From positions 12,135 to 76,134 of the forward strand of contig JAFGVU010000202.1 in the NCBI GenBank assembly GCA_016937855.1: DNA of 64,000 bases. Direction: 5' to 3'. Position 1 is the stretch's first letter. Every line of letters starts with the position of its first letter. The position numbers and the translations under genes were made by a program. Positions 20,321-31,056 of this stretch are shown piece by piece. Source of the stretch: Bacteroidales bacterium. Lineage in GTDB: Bacteria; Bacteroidota; Bacteroidia; Bacteroidales; ML635J-15. Under the pieces are notes generated by a model, which saw only the letters and a list, made by a program, of their open reading frames with translations, had not been told where the DNA came from and did not search any database.

Positions 20321-21862
20321 CTATTTATTATCCTGTTGCTTATAAAGTTTTAATTCTGTAAAATCAAAATCAGGGTTTGGAATATCTATTTGCATTTCAA
20401 CGACATCACCATTTTTATCAGTAATAAAATTTACTGTACCTTGAGGCAGTGACGGGGTGTCGTCAAATTTCACGGTAAACGTTTCGTAATGCCAATGGTT
20501 TAACTCACCATGATAAATTGATGTGTGAGTCATTGTTACATATAGTTTCTGAGATTTTACTTCGACAATCACATCACCATAAACATCTGAATTATAAACG
20601 CCTGTATAATCTACCAAAGGATGAGCAGGTTTTGTATTTGCTACTCGTGCATCGATCCATGCTTGCTTTTCTTCCTTATCGTAATCGCTAATCCATTGTT
20701 CTATTCTCAGGAAATAGTCGCTCCATTTACTATCTATTTCTCCTTTAGTAATATAATCAAGAAGTTGACTTTGAACTACTGTATAAAACATCGACAAGTT
20801 ATTTGTTAATACGACAAAACCATAGTCTAGTTCGGGAATTAAAACAGTTTGTGAAATCATTCCGTCGAATCCTCCATTGTGAGTAACAATTAGATATCCA
20901 CTATAATCGTATAACCCCCAGCCCAAAGCATAAGCTTTAAGGTGAGTTGATGGATATACCGATTTAGAAAAAGCAGAGATGTCCTGTACTGTATGTGCTT
21001 TCCACATCTCATCAGCAGAGTTTTCGGTAAATATCTGCATGTCATTATATTTTCCGCGATTAAGTTGTAAGATTAACCATTTTGCCACATCGTGAACATT
21101 TGAGTTAATACTACCTGCAGGAGCAATATTATCCCAATTCACATAAGGTATAGGAATATTTTCCCCATCTACGTAGGCATGACAAGTTGCAACATTATCA
21201 AGCTTATTATTATCAATAATGCTTGTGTTTGTTCGTGACATTCCTAAGGGCTCAAAGATTCTGTACTTTAAAAAATCATCCCAAGTTGTATCGGTAACAT
21301 ACTCAACAATCTGACCGGCAGTGAGATACATAATGTTTGAATATCCGAACTTTTCGCGAAAACCATAGGTTGGCTCTAAGTATCTGGCACGTCTGATAAT
21401 TTCCTCACGCGAATGGTTAGAGCCATACCAAATTAAATCGCCGCTAAAAGTTTTTAAACCTGTTCTATGACACAATAAATCGCGAACTGTCATTTGGTTG
21501 GTTACAAACGGGTCGTAAAGTTCAAACCAAGGAATATACTTTGTAACCTTATCATCCCAGCTAATTTGATTTTGATCGACTAAAATAGCAAGTGCAGCAG
21601 AGGTAAAAGCCTTTGTATTTGATGCTATCGCAAAGTTTGTAAATTGATCTACCTTTGCTTTTTTCTGAACTTCCTGTACTCCAAAACCTTTTTCATAAAC
21701 AATTTCATCATTATGTACGATTGCTACTGCAAACCCCGGGATATTCCATGCATCGTAAGATTTTTGAAGCTCCTGATTTAATAAATCGACATCAACTTTT
21801 TCTAATTGGGAAAAGCTAAAAAACGGTAATAATACCAATAAAACAATAAATATTTTTCTCAT
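20321..21862 (-). CDS. serine hydrolase (beta-lactamase/peptidase S12 family)
   Basis: Signal peptide, SxxK motif (ASNTKAFT), a YSN motif (GYSNIMY) and a C-terminal lipocalin-like extension. Confidence 0.75.
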   Translation of the reverse strand: MRKIFIVLLVLLPFFSFSQLEKVDVDLLNQELQKSYDAWNIPGFAVAIVHNDEIVYEKGFGVQEVQKKAKVDQFTNFAIASNTKAFTSAALAILVDQNQISWDDKVTKYIPWFELYDPFVTNQMTVRDLLCHRTGLKTFSGDLIWYGSNHSREEIIRRARYLEPTYGFREKFGYSNIMYLTAGQIVEYVTDTTWDDFLKYRIFEPLGMSRTNTSIIDNNKLDNVATCHAYVDGENIPIPYVNWDNIAPAGSINSNVHDVAKWLILQLNRGKYNDMQIFTENSADEMWKAHTVQDISAFSKSVYPSTHLKAYALGWGLYDYSGYLIVTHNGGFDGMISQTVLIPELDYGFVVLTNNLSMFYTVVQSQLLDYITKGEIDSKWSDYFLRIEQWISDYDKEEKQAWIDARVANTKPAHPLVDYTGVYNSDVYGDVIVEVKSQKLYVTMTHTSIYHGELNHWHYETFTVKFDDTPSLPQGTVNFITDKNGDVVEMQIDIPNPDFDFTELKLYKQQDNK

Positions 21863-21949
21863 TTAACTATAATTTTACGTTGGATAATCCATCCAAATTT
21901 AATAAATGGACAACAAATATAACTGACTTCTAAATTTAATGTTCACTAA

Positions 21950-23899
21950 TTATTTATTACTGATAACTTTAAACTCCGTACGTCTATTTAGAGCTCGTCC
22001 CTCTTCGGTATCATTGTCGGCAATAGGAATAGAAAAGTCATACCCTTTATATGAAAGTCTATCAGCAGACACTCCTTTCTCAATCAAATAATTATATACA
22101 GATTTTGCTCTGTTTTGCGACAAGGCTTTATTATATTCTTTTGTTCCAACATTATCTGTGTGTCCACCAATTTCTATTTTCATTTTAGGATTGGAGTTCA
22201 TATAATCAACAACTTTATTTAGTTCAGTATAGGATTCTGGCAACAATTCGAATGAATTAAACTCAAAGAAAATATTTTTCAGGACTACAATAATTCCTTC
22301 TTCGATAGGTTTAAGTGGGATATTAATTACATAAGGTTCTTCGGGATTTTCGAGATTAGTTAGTGAAAAGTTTTCGGAATAGAATAAATAACCATCTTTA
22401 GAAACATTAAAAGCATAATCTTTGTCGATAGGAAGACAAACCATGTACTCGCCAGTTTCTGCTTCAGACATCATTTCTACTACGACATTTCCTGTTTCGA
22501 GATCAAGCATTTCGCATTGAGCCACGAGTCTGTCATTGGTTTTAATATCATAAACATAACCTTTAACATAAGTTACGGTTACAGGTTTTGCTTCTTCGGG
22601 AATTTCGAAATAATATATATCGAGGTCTCTTTTTGTAGTTGATGAAGCAAACATTGCAATATCACCCTTTGCATTAACAATCAAGCTTCTCTCCTCTCCG
22701 TTTGTATTAATTGGATATCCAACATTAACCGGATTTTTCCACTTATTATCTTCCCCCATGCGAGAATAGTACAAATCGAAATCTCCCATTCCAGGAAATC
22801 CATTCGATGCAAAATAAAGTGTTTTGCCGTCGGGATGAATAAATGGTGACAATTCTTCGTACTCAGTATTGATAACAGGGCCTAAATTTACCGGAGGGTT
22901 TTTAGCATTTCCATTTCTATCAATTTCAGCTTTCCACAAATCCGTTTTCCCATAACCACCGGCACGTCCACTAGAGAAATAAATGGTTCGACCGTCGGCA
23001 GACAAAGAAGGATTGCTATCCCATGATGCGGAATTCACTGTAAACAAGTTTTGAGGTTCTGTCCATTTACCATTTTTAAGAAACATAATATACAAATCGC
23101 AGCTACCTACTCCTCCGGGTCGATTACAAGCAGTAATTACCACAGTTTTTCCGTCAGCAGATACACATTGAGCACCTTCGTTTAAGCGTGTATTAACATT
23201 TCCGGGCATTGGTATTGCTTGGTCGTATTTTCCGGTTTCAGGATTACGAAAAGAAACAAAAAGATCTTCGTGCATACTTTCCTGACTGCGAGATGGTTTG
23301 TCGGGATTAATTGGAATTTGTCGTGTAAAAACCAACACATTTTCATCAACAGAAAGTGAAGGCCAATACTCATCAAAACCGGTATTTACACCTTCGCCAA
23401 CACTTTTGGGCTCAAATGCAACAGGATTTTTGAAAGCACTATCGGCAAAATAGATGTATTTTTTTAATCTATCGGTGTCGTATTTTTTAAATTTTTCGGG
23501 ATCACTGTTTTCGTAAAATGCATCAATATACTCTTTGGCCTCAGCATATTTACCAATGCGATATGAGTTAATTGCCAGTTTAAAACTTAAAGCAGGATCG
23601 TAATGGGGATCTATTTCGAAAACTTTTGCATAATTCTCAAAAGCTTCGAGGGACTCGCCCCAAAAATCGTAAATTTCGGCTTTAAGAAGATAAGCTTCCA
23701 GAAAACCGGCATCCTTCTCTATTGCACGATCTACTTCGGAAATTGCCATACTTTTTTGACCTCTTTCCATATACTCTACAGCCCTATTAAAACTTTTAAT
23801 TGCCGATTTATTCTTAGTATAATTCGACTTATTTTGAGCTTGACATGAAAAACTTAAAAATAAAGCAAAAAGGATGAAAATATATTTTAATTTTTCCAT
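21950..23899 (-). CDS. OmpA-family protein with TPR and TolB-like (PD40) repeats
   Basis: Signal peptide, TPR region, repeated PS.S.DG...F.S blocks and a C-terminal OmpA motif (GHTDNVGTKEYNKALSQNRAKSV...NRRTEF). Confidence 0.8.
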   Translation of the reverse strand: MEKLKYIFILFALFLSFSCQAQNKSNYTKNKSAIKSFNRAVEYMERGQKSMAISEVDRAIEKDAGFLEAYLLKAEIYDFWGESLEAFENYAKVFEIDPHYDPALSFKLAINSYRIGKYAEAKEYIDAFYENSDPEKFKKYDTDRLKKYIYFADSAFKNPVAFEPKSVGEGVNTGFDEYWPSLSVDENVLVFTRQIPINPDKPSRSQESMHEDLFVSFRNPETGKYDQAIPMPGNVNTRLNEGAQCVSADGKTVVITACNRPGGVGSCDLYIMFLKNGKWTEPQNLFTVNSASWDSNPSLSADGRTIYFSSGRAGGYGKTDLWKAEIDRNGNAKNPPVNLGPVINTEYEELSPFIHPDGKTLYFASNGFPGMGDFDLYYSRMGEDNKWKNPVNVGYPINTNGEERSLIVNAKGDIAMFASSTTKRDLDIYYFEIPEEAKPVTVTYVKGYVYDIKTNDRLVAQCEMLDLETGNVVVEMMSEAETGEYMVCLPIDKDYAFNVSKDGYLFYSENFSLTNLENPEEPYVINIPLKPIEEGIIVVLKNIFFEFNSFELLPESYTELNKVVDYMNSNPKMKIEIGGHTDNVGTKEYNKALSQNRAKSVYNYLIEKGVSADRLSYKGYDFSIPIADNDTEEGRALNRRTEFKVISNK

Positions 23900-23901
23900 A
23901 A

Positions 23902-24531
23902 TTATGGGATTTTAAGGAATTTATGTGTTTGTATGGATACGTTCCATTTTGGATTATTTTTAACGTAATCAACCACCATCTTGCCGGTTATTTCAAACCT
24001 ACTCCACTCAGGTTGAAGAAAGAGCACGCAATTATCGTGCACTTTTTGCGCGCACTCTTCTGCCCAGTCAAAATCAGACTCCTGATAGATTATAACTTTT
24101 AACTCATTAAGCTTATCGAAATATACTTGCTTTGGAGGTTTCTGTTTTTTTGGGGACAAACAAATCCAATCCCATTTGCCGCTAAAAACATGAGCTCCGC
24201 AAGTCTCAATCATCAATGTGAGGCCTTCTTCTTTTGCTTTTTCACAAAAATGGTCAAAATTATACATCAAAGGTTCACCTCCTGTAACAACAATAGTATC
24301 GGCAGCAGTTTTTTTCACTGCATCAAGAATTTGCCTAATTGGAACAAACTGATGCACTTCAGGTTTCCACGACTCACGCGAATCGCACCATCGACAAGCT
24401 AAATCGCACCCACCTGTACGCACAAAATATGCAGCTTTTCCGGTATTAAATCCCTCGCCTTGAATCGAATAAAACTCTTCGAGGATTGGAATTTTATCAT
24501 TATCTAATTCTTCTTTAAAAGCGTCTGTCAT
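23902..24531 (-). CDS. queE: 7-carboxy-7-deazaguanine synthase
   Basis: EEFYSIQGEG...FVRTGGCDLACRWCDS radical-SAM motif and a typical ~210-aa length. Confidence 0.8.
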   Translation of the reverse strand: MTDAFKEELDNDKIPILEEFYSIQGEGFNTGKAAYFVRTGGCDLACRWCDSRESWKPEVHQFVPIRQILDAVKKTAADTIVVTGGEPLMYNFDHFCEKAKEEGLTLMIETCGAHVFSGKWDWICLSPKKQKPPKQVYFDKLNELKVIIYQESDFDWAEECAQKVHDNCVLFLQPEWSRFEITGKMVVDYVKNNPKWNVSIQTHKFLKIP

Positions 24532-25760
24532 TTTTTTATAATCTTATCTAAAATAGGTCTTGCAGCATCGACATGAATCATATAATTCATCATTTTAAGC
24601 TTAATATAATCTTCGTGATAAAAACGATATCCTTTATTTCGTCCGTCAAATGCACCGCTCCCACTGTCCTTTATTAAATACCAATAAGCTTCTCCATACT
24701 TTTGATATCCCACAACATGAATACAATGATCGTCGGTAGTTGTTCCGTTACTTAGTCGCATTTGGCGAGAATCCTCGTTAATGTACTTCGATGGAATATC
24801 AAATGTAGGAACCACAGCTACTTCGCGATATTGATCATATCCAGGTTCAGACACATCACCACACAAACTAATTGTATATCCGGCTAAAATGGCATCGTTA
24901 AAAAGAGACATATAATCTTCCAATGAGATATTGTAATAATCTTTACAATGCCACCAATTATCGGGCTCAACCAATTCGTGTTTCTCATTATAAGGATATT
25001 CCATAGTTGACATAAAACTAAAATAATCGCCTGGATTTAATTTAAGATAGTCAGTCATAAAAGTCATTGGAGTATAAATTCGGCCTTCGTACTCAAATTT
25101 TTCAGGCGGTGTTCCAATGTATTGATCGAGTAATTTTTTAATATTTTCGACAACCTTTTTCTCGTCCCAGTCGGAAGTCATTTTAACCGATTGCAGGTAT
25201 CTCTCCATTTCCTCGAACATCTCTCTGTGATTGTTATAATTAAGTCCGTTCTTTAGTCCCGAATAAGCCTGATATGGAACCATACCATGATTTCGCATAA
25301 TTCGTCTGATTGCATTTGCCTCGGAGCCTTCTCCCAAATATGTTTCGCCCTTAGTTTGCACAAAGTGTTGAGCTCTTTCAACATAATCCCAATAAACTGT
25401 ATAAATCTCAGAGATATCAACTTTTATACTATTTAAACGAAATGCCTCTGATTCCATAAACGAAGTGGCCGAATATGCCCAACATGTTCCGCTATTTCCT
25501 TGTGATACAGGCAGACTATGGTAAAAAGCTTTGTATTTATCGATTTGAACAGGATAAATATTAATAGCAAAATCCATTGCAAAATATTTTTTTCCACTAA
25601 GGTCGGGCAATACAAAATTATCATCTCCAACAATATCACGCATTATAACTTTGTGATAAAATCCTGCACTTCGCTGCTTGAACTCAGATTTATCATATAT
25701 CTGACCAACTAACGACAAGCTGATTATCACAAGGGAAAGCAAAATGAATAATCTTCTCAT
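24528..25760 (-). CDS. C1-family cysteine peptidase (aminopeptidase C/bleomycin hydrolase-like)
   Basis: QGNSGTCWAYSATSFMESE catalytic Cys block and a downstream DDHCIHVVGY His block, with a signal peptide. Confidence 0.75.
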   Translation of the reverse strand: MRRLFILLSLVIISLSLVGQIYDKSEFKQRSAGFYHKVIMRDIVGDDNFVLPDLSGKKYFAMDFAINIYPVQIDKYKAFYHSLPVSQGNSGTCWAYSATSFMESEAFRLNSIKVDISEIYTVYWDYVERAQHFVQTKGETYLGEGSEANAIRRIMRNHGMVPYQAYSGLKNGLNYNNHREMFEEMERYLQSVKMTSDWDEKKVVENIKKLLDQYIGTPPEKFEYEGRIYTPMTFMTDYLKLNPGDYFSFMSTMEYPYNEKHELVEPDNWWHCKDYYNISLEDYMSLFNDAILAGYTISLCGDVSEPGYDQYREVAVVPTFDIPSKYINEDSRQMRLSNGTTTDDHCIHVVGYQKYGEAYWYLIKDSGSGAFDGRNKGYRFYHEDYIKLKMMNYMIHVDAARPILDKIIKK

Positions 25761-25865
25761 TATAGTAATATTAAAAAGGTTTAACTAGGCACAATAGCCT
25801 ATACAACACTATCATGCATTTTTTTTACAAAGTAAACAAAAATCAGATTAATACCAACAGTAATT

Positions 25866-28016
25866 TTAGATGCTAAAATACTTTTTAATAGTTTTTAATA
25901 AAACTTCAGGAACAATTGGCTTGATTATTAGCTCATCAAATCCACAATCATCGTTTTCGAAGGAGACATGCTCAGAAATAAATGCAGAATTAGCAATAAC
26001 AGGAATATTAGGTTTTTTTTCTTTAATAATTTTTGTTGCTTCACAGCCGTTAAGTTCAGGCATTTTAATATCCATAAGTATTAGTCCGATATTTTCGTTC
26101 TCTTCAACCATTTTTACCGCTTGATTACCGTTTGATGCTCTAATATGCTTATAGTTATAGATATTCAACAATTCAGAAATATAAAGATAATTAGATTCTT
26201 CGTCTTCACACACTAGAATAATTTTCTCGTCTATATTTTGTATTTTTTGAGTTAACTCCGGCACTGTCACATCAGCATTTTCTTCCTCGGAATGACTAAT
26301 TGGTAAACTCACAACGAAACTACTCCCTATGTTTGGTTCACTTGAAACAGATATCCTTCCATTTAGTAGTTTAACAAGTCCTTTTGTTATTGCCAAACCA
26401 AGCCCAGTTCCAGAAGAGCTTGTGTATTGGGCATTTTCAACTTGACTAAACCTATTAAATATGTTCTCAAGATGCTGTTTTGGAATTCCAATTCCGGTAT
26501 CTTTAACTTCAATTTCGAAATGAGATTTTTTTGCAGAATATGAAATGACTACTTGCCCCTCATGGGTAAACTTAATTGCATTTGTAACCAAATTTGTAAT
26601 AATTTGCTTAATTCTCAGGCAATCAGAATACATCACAAATTCGGAAACATCTTGATTAGTTTTTTTGATAAGCTGAATTTCTTTTTCGATAGCTTTTGGT
26701 TGATATTGGATAAAAACTTCGTCAATAATTGAAGCAAGATTACACTCCCTTATTTGAATTTTCAGTTGTTTGGCTTCAAGTTTTGCAATATCGAGTAAAT
26801 CGTCGATTAGCATTAGTAATTGATTACCATTACTGGTAATTAAATTTAAAAACATCTGTGTTTTTTCGTAGCCAGCATCTCTGGTTTTGAGCAAATTTGC
26901 AAACCCAAGTATGCCATTCATTGGGCTCCTGATTTCGTGACTTATATTTGCAAGAAAGGCTGATTTAAGTCGGTCGCTTTCCTCGGCTTTTTCTTTAGCT
27001 TTAAATAGTAAATCTTTTGCCTCAACTATATCATCAATATTTTTAACAAAAGATGCATATAAATCATTATCTATTCGAGCTGTACTAATTAAAGCAGTAG
27101 AAATCAAGTTGTCATTTCTGTAATACTTAATGGTATCCCTAAATACTTGACCATTTACAACTAAACTATCAACATTTGTATCTACGTCTGCCATGTATTC
27201 AGGAAGAATAAACTCACTAACTTTTAAACCTATAAGCTCACCTCTATCCTTACCAATCAGCAAAGCTCCTGCCGGATTAACATCTAATATTTCTCCTAAG
27301 TAATTAGTAATAAAGATTCCATCAGGAGAGTTATCAAGATATGCTTTCATTCTTTGTTGGCTTTTTATCAGACTCTCATCGGCTTGTTTACGAATTAGTG
27401 CATTTGCAGTAACTCCTGCAAATGCATACAATACCTCTTTATCGGGAATTGGAACAGCCTTTTTGCCAACTATAACAAATGTACCAAGAAATTTCTCTTT
27501 ATGTATCATTGCAATGCCAAGAAACCATCCAACTTTAAAAGTTTCTTCGATTATCACACCTACTGCTTTAGGAACTTTACCTAAACTTAATTCGTGAACA
27601 GAATATGCAATATGGACCTTGTCGTTCATTGCAGATTCGAGATGTTCATCAGTAAAAGGCACTCTCATTCCAATAATATCTCGTCCCATTAGAGCTTTTA
27701 AAACTTTTCGCTCCGTTTTTGACAGAGAAGTATGCTGAACGACTAGCTCCTTTGTATTTGGGTCATAAATTGAATAATGAACACTTTTTGCATCGATAAA
27801 CTCTGTTAGTTTTTGCAACCCTGTAACAAACACTTCATCAGACGGAACATTCATTAAATCCATCGAGTATTCGTTTATCAACAGTAAAAGGTTTTTGATT
27901 GAATCGTTTTTATAAATACTATCAGAAATAGAATTTTGACTCCTTTGTAAATCAGCCAATTGCTGCTTTAACAACTTATTTTCTTCTAATATTTTATTAT
28001 AATATTCCTGATTCAT
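25866..28016 (-). CDS. hybrid sensor histidine kinase / response regulator (GAF-PAS-HisKA-HATPase-REC)
   Basis: H-box SHEIRSPMNGILGF, G-boxes DTGIGI and GTGLGLAI, and a C-terminal receiver (LVCEDEE...MDIKMPELNG). Confidence 0.85.
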   Translation of the reverse strand: MNQEYYNKILEENKLLKQQLADLQRSQNSISDSIYKNDSIKNLLLLINEYSMDLMNVPSDEVFVTGLQKLTEFIDAKSVHYSIYDPNTKELVVQHTSLSKTERKVLKALMGRDIIGMRVPFTDEHLESAMNDKVHIAYSVHELSLGKVPKAVGVIIEETFKVGWFLGIAMIHKEKFLGTFVIVGKKAVPIPDKEVLYAFAGVTANALIRKQADESLIKSQQRMKAYLDNSPDGIFITNYLGEILDVNPAGALLIGKDRGELIGLKVSEFILPEYMADVDTNVDSLVVNGQVFRDTIKYYRNDNLISTALISTARIDNDLYASFVKNIDDIVEAKDLLFKAKEKAEESDRLKSAFLANISHEIRSPMNGILGFANLLKTRDAGYEKTQMFLNLITSNGNQLLMLIDDLLDIAKLEAKQLKIQIRECNLASIIDEVFIQYQPKAIEKEIQLIKKTNQDVSEFVMYSDCLRIKQIITNLVTNAIKFTHEGQVVISYSAKKSHFEIEVKDTGIGIPKQHLENIFNRFSQVENAQYTSSSGTGLGLAITKGLVKLLNGRISVSSEPNIGSSFVVSLPISHSEEENADVTVPELTQKIQNIDEKIILVCEDEESNYLYISELLNIYNYKHIRASNGNQAVKMVEENENIGLILMDIKMPELNGCEATKIIKEKKPNIPVIANSAFISEHVSFENDDCGFDELIIKPIVPEVLLKTIKKYFSI

Positions 28017-28215
28017 AACAAAAACTCATTATGTCTTGATATTTTGGCCATAAAAGTATAAAATATTTCTATAAAACAAATTATTTATCAAACAATTAAC
28101 AAGAAAATAACATGACAAAGAATTTGTATTTATATATATAGACAAAACAAAATCAGATTAGATATAGATTATAAAGCTGATAACTAAGATTTGAGCTAAT
28201 ACCTTAAATCCTGGT

Positions 28216-28713
28216 TTAATTCATTTCTCTTTTATCGCACTTATAAACTTGTGGAAGAATTCTTTGCAAAGCTTTAAGAAGTTTTAGCCAATTACCGGTT
28301 TCAACGTCAATTCCCCAGCTACCGGGCATAATTTTTTCGAGTTTAACCATAGTAAATAAAGCCTTTCGAATAAATGAAATATTGATTTGGTTTGACAAAT
28401 CTATATCACTTAACACAATATTCATATCCTTTATCCATAGCGAATAAGCAGATGCAGATTTGTATTGAAGTAAAAAATCGGTCATTTGTTTTGGTTCTTC
28501 GACCATTTTTGAATCGAATAGTGCTCTTATAAATGAATAAAACTGTGGAGTATATTCAAAAGTATTATCGTTATGATATACTATATAATCATCTTCGTTT
28601 GCTTCTTCGAGATATGGTAAGAAAGAGAGTAATTCACAATATAGTTTTATATCGTGATCATATTTATTTGGTTCTGACAGCATATTTTTAACAGGTTTGC
28701 TCGGGCTATCCAT
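28216..28713 (-). CDS. hypothetical protein
   Basis: 165-aa ORF between well-supported genes. No motif recognised. Confidence 0.45.
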   Translation of the reverse strand: MDSPSKPVKNMLSEPNKYDHDIKLYCELLSFLPYLEEANEDDYIVYHNDNTFEYTPQFYSFIRALFDSKMVEEPKQMTDFLLQYKSASAYSLWIKDMNIVLSDIDLSNQINISFIRKALFTMVKLEKIMPGSWGIDVETGNWLKLLKALQRILPQVYKCDKREMN

Positions 28714-28835
28714 TTATATTTTGTTTAAGGAAAAAACAGATATAGTAGTTATTTGTTCAAAAAATAATTTCGAGATCTCACTACTTTTATGTAAAATGTA
28801 TTTGATTATTGACAAATAAGAGCTCCTTCAGTCAA

Positions 28836-29837
28836 TTATTCCAAGGTGTAAGTTTCAAAGCCACTTGTTGCTATTGTTCTAACATTGCTATCTTGATCGA
28901 TATAAATAAAGTATGCCTCAATACCTTTAATCCCTTCAGCAATTTTTAATGATTCGTCTAAACCAGCAACCATAAAAGCAGTAGCATAAGCATCACATTC
29001 CATACAATTCTCACCAATAACCGAAACACTTAAAAGTTCATTTTGAGCAGGATATCCTGTTCGTGGATCGATTGAATGTCCATATTTTTCTTTTCCGTCT
29101 TCAACAAACTTTCGATAGTTTCCGCTTGTAGCAATTGCTTTGCCCGAAAGATTTATTATTATTTGATTTTCTCGATCTTGTTGTCCACTTCCTTCAATTG
29201 GTTTATCTATTCCAATTCGCCATGGTTCTTTTTTATTATTTACGCCAAAACAAAAAACCTCGCCCCCAATTTCAACAAGGAAGTTTCGCACACCGAGTTC
29301 AAACAAGTATTCTGAAACATAATCAACCGACAATCCCTGTGCAATTGCGTTTGTAATTATCATAGTTTGCGGATAGTCCTTAACTAGTAAATTATTTTCC
29401 AAACGAACTTTATTCATACCAACATACCTTAGAAGAGAGTCAATCTGCATTGAATCAGGTATTTGATTATTGTTGTCTCTAACCCATCCAAAACCCCAAG
29501 CATTAACAATAGGAGCTACAGTAATGTCAAAAGCGCCATTAGTATTATCATAAACTTTTTGGGCAGACTCTATCATTGCGACTACCAAGTCGTCTGTTTC
29601 GTTATTTAGGTTTTGGTTGAATTGCGAAATCTTCGAGTTAGGATCGTAATTTGAAAGCGATTTGTTAAAATTTTGCAACAAGCTATCAATTTGTCTTGCC
29701 AGGTCTTTGTCCCACTCATAAGTTATATGAAAAGTGGTTCCTTGAATCGGACCTTCGTAAAAATAAAATTCTTTCTCCCTTTTACTATTGCATGATATCA
29801 GCGACACACACAATACAGCAATCAAAAAATATTTCAT
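28836..29837 (-). CDS. apbE: FAD:protein FMN transferase
   Basis: Lipoprotein signal (SLISCNS), with GAFDITVAP, AQGLSVD and GHSIDPRTGYP blocks. Start moved from TTG 29855 to ATG 29837. Confidence 0.8.
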   Translation of the reverse strand: MKYFLIAVLCVSLISCNSKREKEFYFYEGPIQGTTFHITYEWDKDLARQIDSLLQNFNKSLSNYDPNSKISQFNQNLNNETDDLVVAMIESAQKVYDNTNGAFDITVAPIVNAWGFGWVRDNNNQIPDSMQIDSLLRYVGMNKVRLENNLLVKDYPQTMIITNAIAQGLSVDYVSEYLFELGVRNFLVEIGGEVFCFGVNNKKEPWRIGIDKPIEGSGQQDRENQIIINLSGKAIATSGNYRKFVEDGKEKYGHSIDPRTGYPAQNELLSVSVIGENCMECDAYATAFMVAGLDESLKIAEGIKGIEAYFIYIDQDSNVRTIATSGFETYTLE

Positions 29838-29852
29838 AGCAGCAATTTTGTG

Positions 29853-29860
29853 CAAAAGTA
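29853..29860 (-). promoter_or_regulatory. -7 box TACTTTTG (minus strand)
   Basis: The reverse complement of 29853-29860 is TACTTTTG, 15 nt upstream of ATG 29837. Confidence 0.4.
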
Positions 29861-30018
29861 CAAAAATTTAGTGTCGTTAATAAATGTTGACTAAGAAAAA
29901 TCTAAAAAAGAAATTGCTTAATAGAATGGCTAATTTTAGTGAAAAATAAGGATTCTAATTCTAAATATCGCATTTTATATGTATCTTTACAAAACGAAAC
30001 CTAATAACAAAAAGTTTT

Positions 30019-31056
30019 ATGAAAGGAATATTACTATTAATTTTCGTTGGACTAACAATTTTGTCAAATGCACAAACACAAAAGTCATTTTTTGTAGTAC
30101 ATTGCGATCCAAATGAAACTCAAAACTTTCCGAGTTTAGAGAGACTTATCGACTCCGCCAATTTTTATAATATAAAAGCAACTATTGAATTCACAAGTTT
30201 TTGGGTGGATTCAATAATCGATTATCCTGAAAGATTAAATAAGCTTTCTACATGGCAAACTCAAGGGCATGAAATAGCAATGCATCATCATGAAGTTCAA
30301 GCAAACGGCATGTGGGATGGCTTTTCAAATTTAAGTATGGCAGAAATACATGAAGCCGACAGAGACACATTAAAGTACAAGGGAACAACTGACAGTTTGT
30401 ACAATTACATACAACAAATAACACCAATCGAAATTGTTACATGTGGAACCGAAGATGATGGTGAACTTCCGGGAAACATCTTATATAAGACTTTTGGAAC
30501 TTCTGTAGATCAATCCTATTCAAATGCTGAGATTATTCTCGCCAATTCTAATTTTTATTGTAGCGCAAGTCATGCATTTCTTTATTCAATGGAAAATATT
30601 GTTCCATTACTTAACAATCTTTATAATATTTCAGAAGATTATAAAATTCTTGGAGCAAACACTCATGTATATAATTTCGTTACAAATCCGGAACCTGTAA
30701 TAGAGTACTTTAAGCTTATAAACAACCTTGGTTTAGAATCATTAACCATAAAACAAATTATGGCCTCAGAATGCAATTGTGGCACGATTGAAAAAGAGGA
30801 AAAGCAAAAGAATTTTGCGATATATCCAAATCCGTTCGAAAACCTTATTACGATTAGATGCAATTCTACAATTAGCGGGACTTCAGATTATGATATAACA
30901 AATGTAGAAGGATTGAAAATAAAGTCTGGCAGATTAACAAGTGTTGAAAACACAATTAACATTTCTCACTTAGAGACAGGAATATACTTTTTAAGAATAC
31001 AGTTTAAAGACAGTTTTGAGGTTTATAAATTGATTAAAGCCCAATCTTTACCTTAA
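30019..31056 (+). CDS. secreted protein with type A T9SS C-terminal domain
   Basis: Signal peptide. C-terminal FAIYPNPFENLITIRC...GIYFLRIQFKDSFEVYKLIK matches the Por_Secre_tail pattern. Confidence 0.65.
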   Translation: MKGILLLIFVGLTILSNAQTQKSFFVVHCDPNETQNFPSLERLIDSANFYNIKATIEFTSFWVDSIIDYPERLNKLSTWQTQGHEIAMHHHEVQANGMWDGFSNLSMAEIHEADRDTLKYKGTTDSLYNYIQQITPIEIVTCGTEDDGELPGNILYKTFGTSVDQSYSNAEIILANSNFYCSASHAFLYSMENIVPLLNNLYNISEDYKILGANTHVYNFVTNPEPVIEYFKLINNLGLESLTIKQIMASECNCGTIEKEEKQKNFAIYPNPFENLITIRCNSTISGTSDYDITNVEGLKIKSGRLTSVENTINISHLETGIYFLRIQFKDSFEVYKLIKAQSLP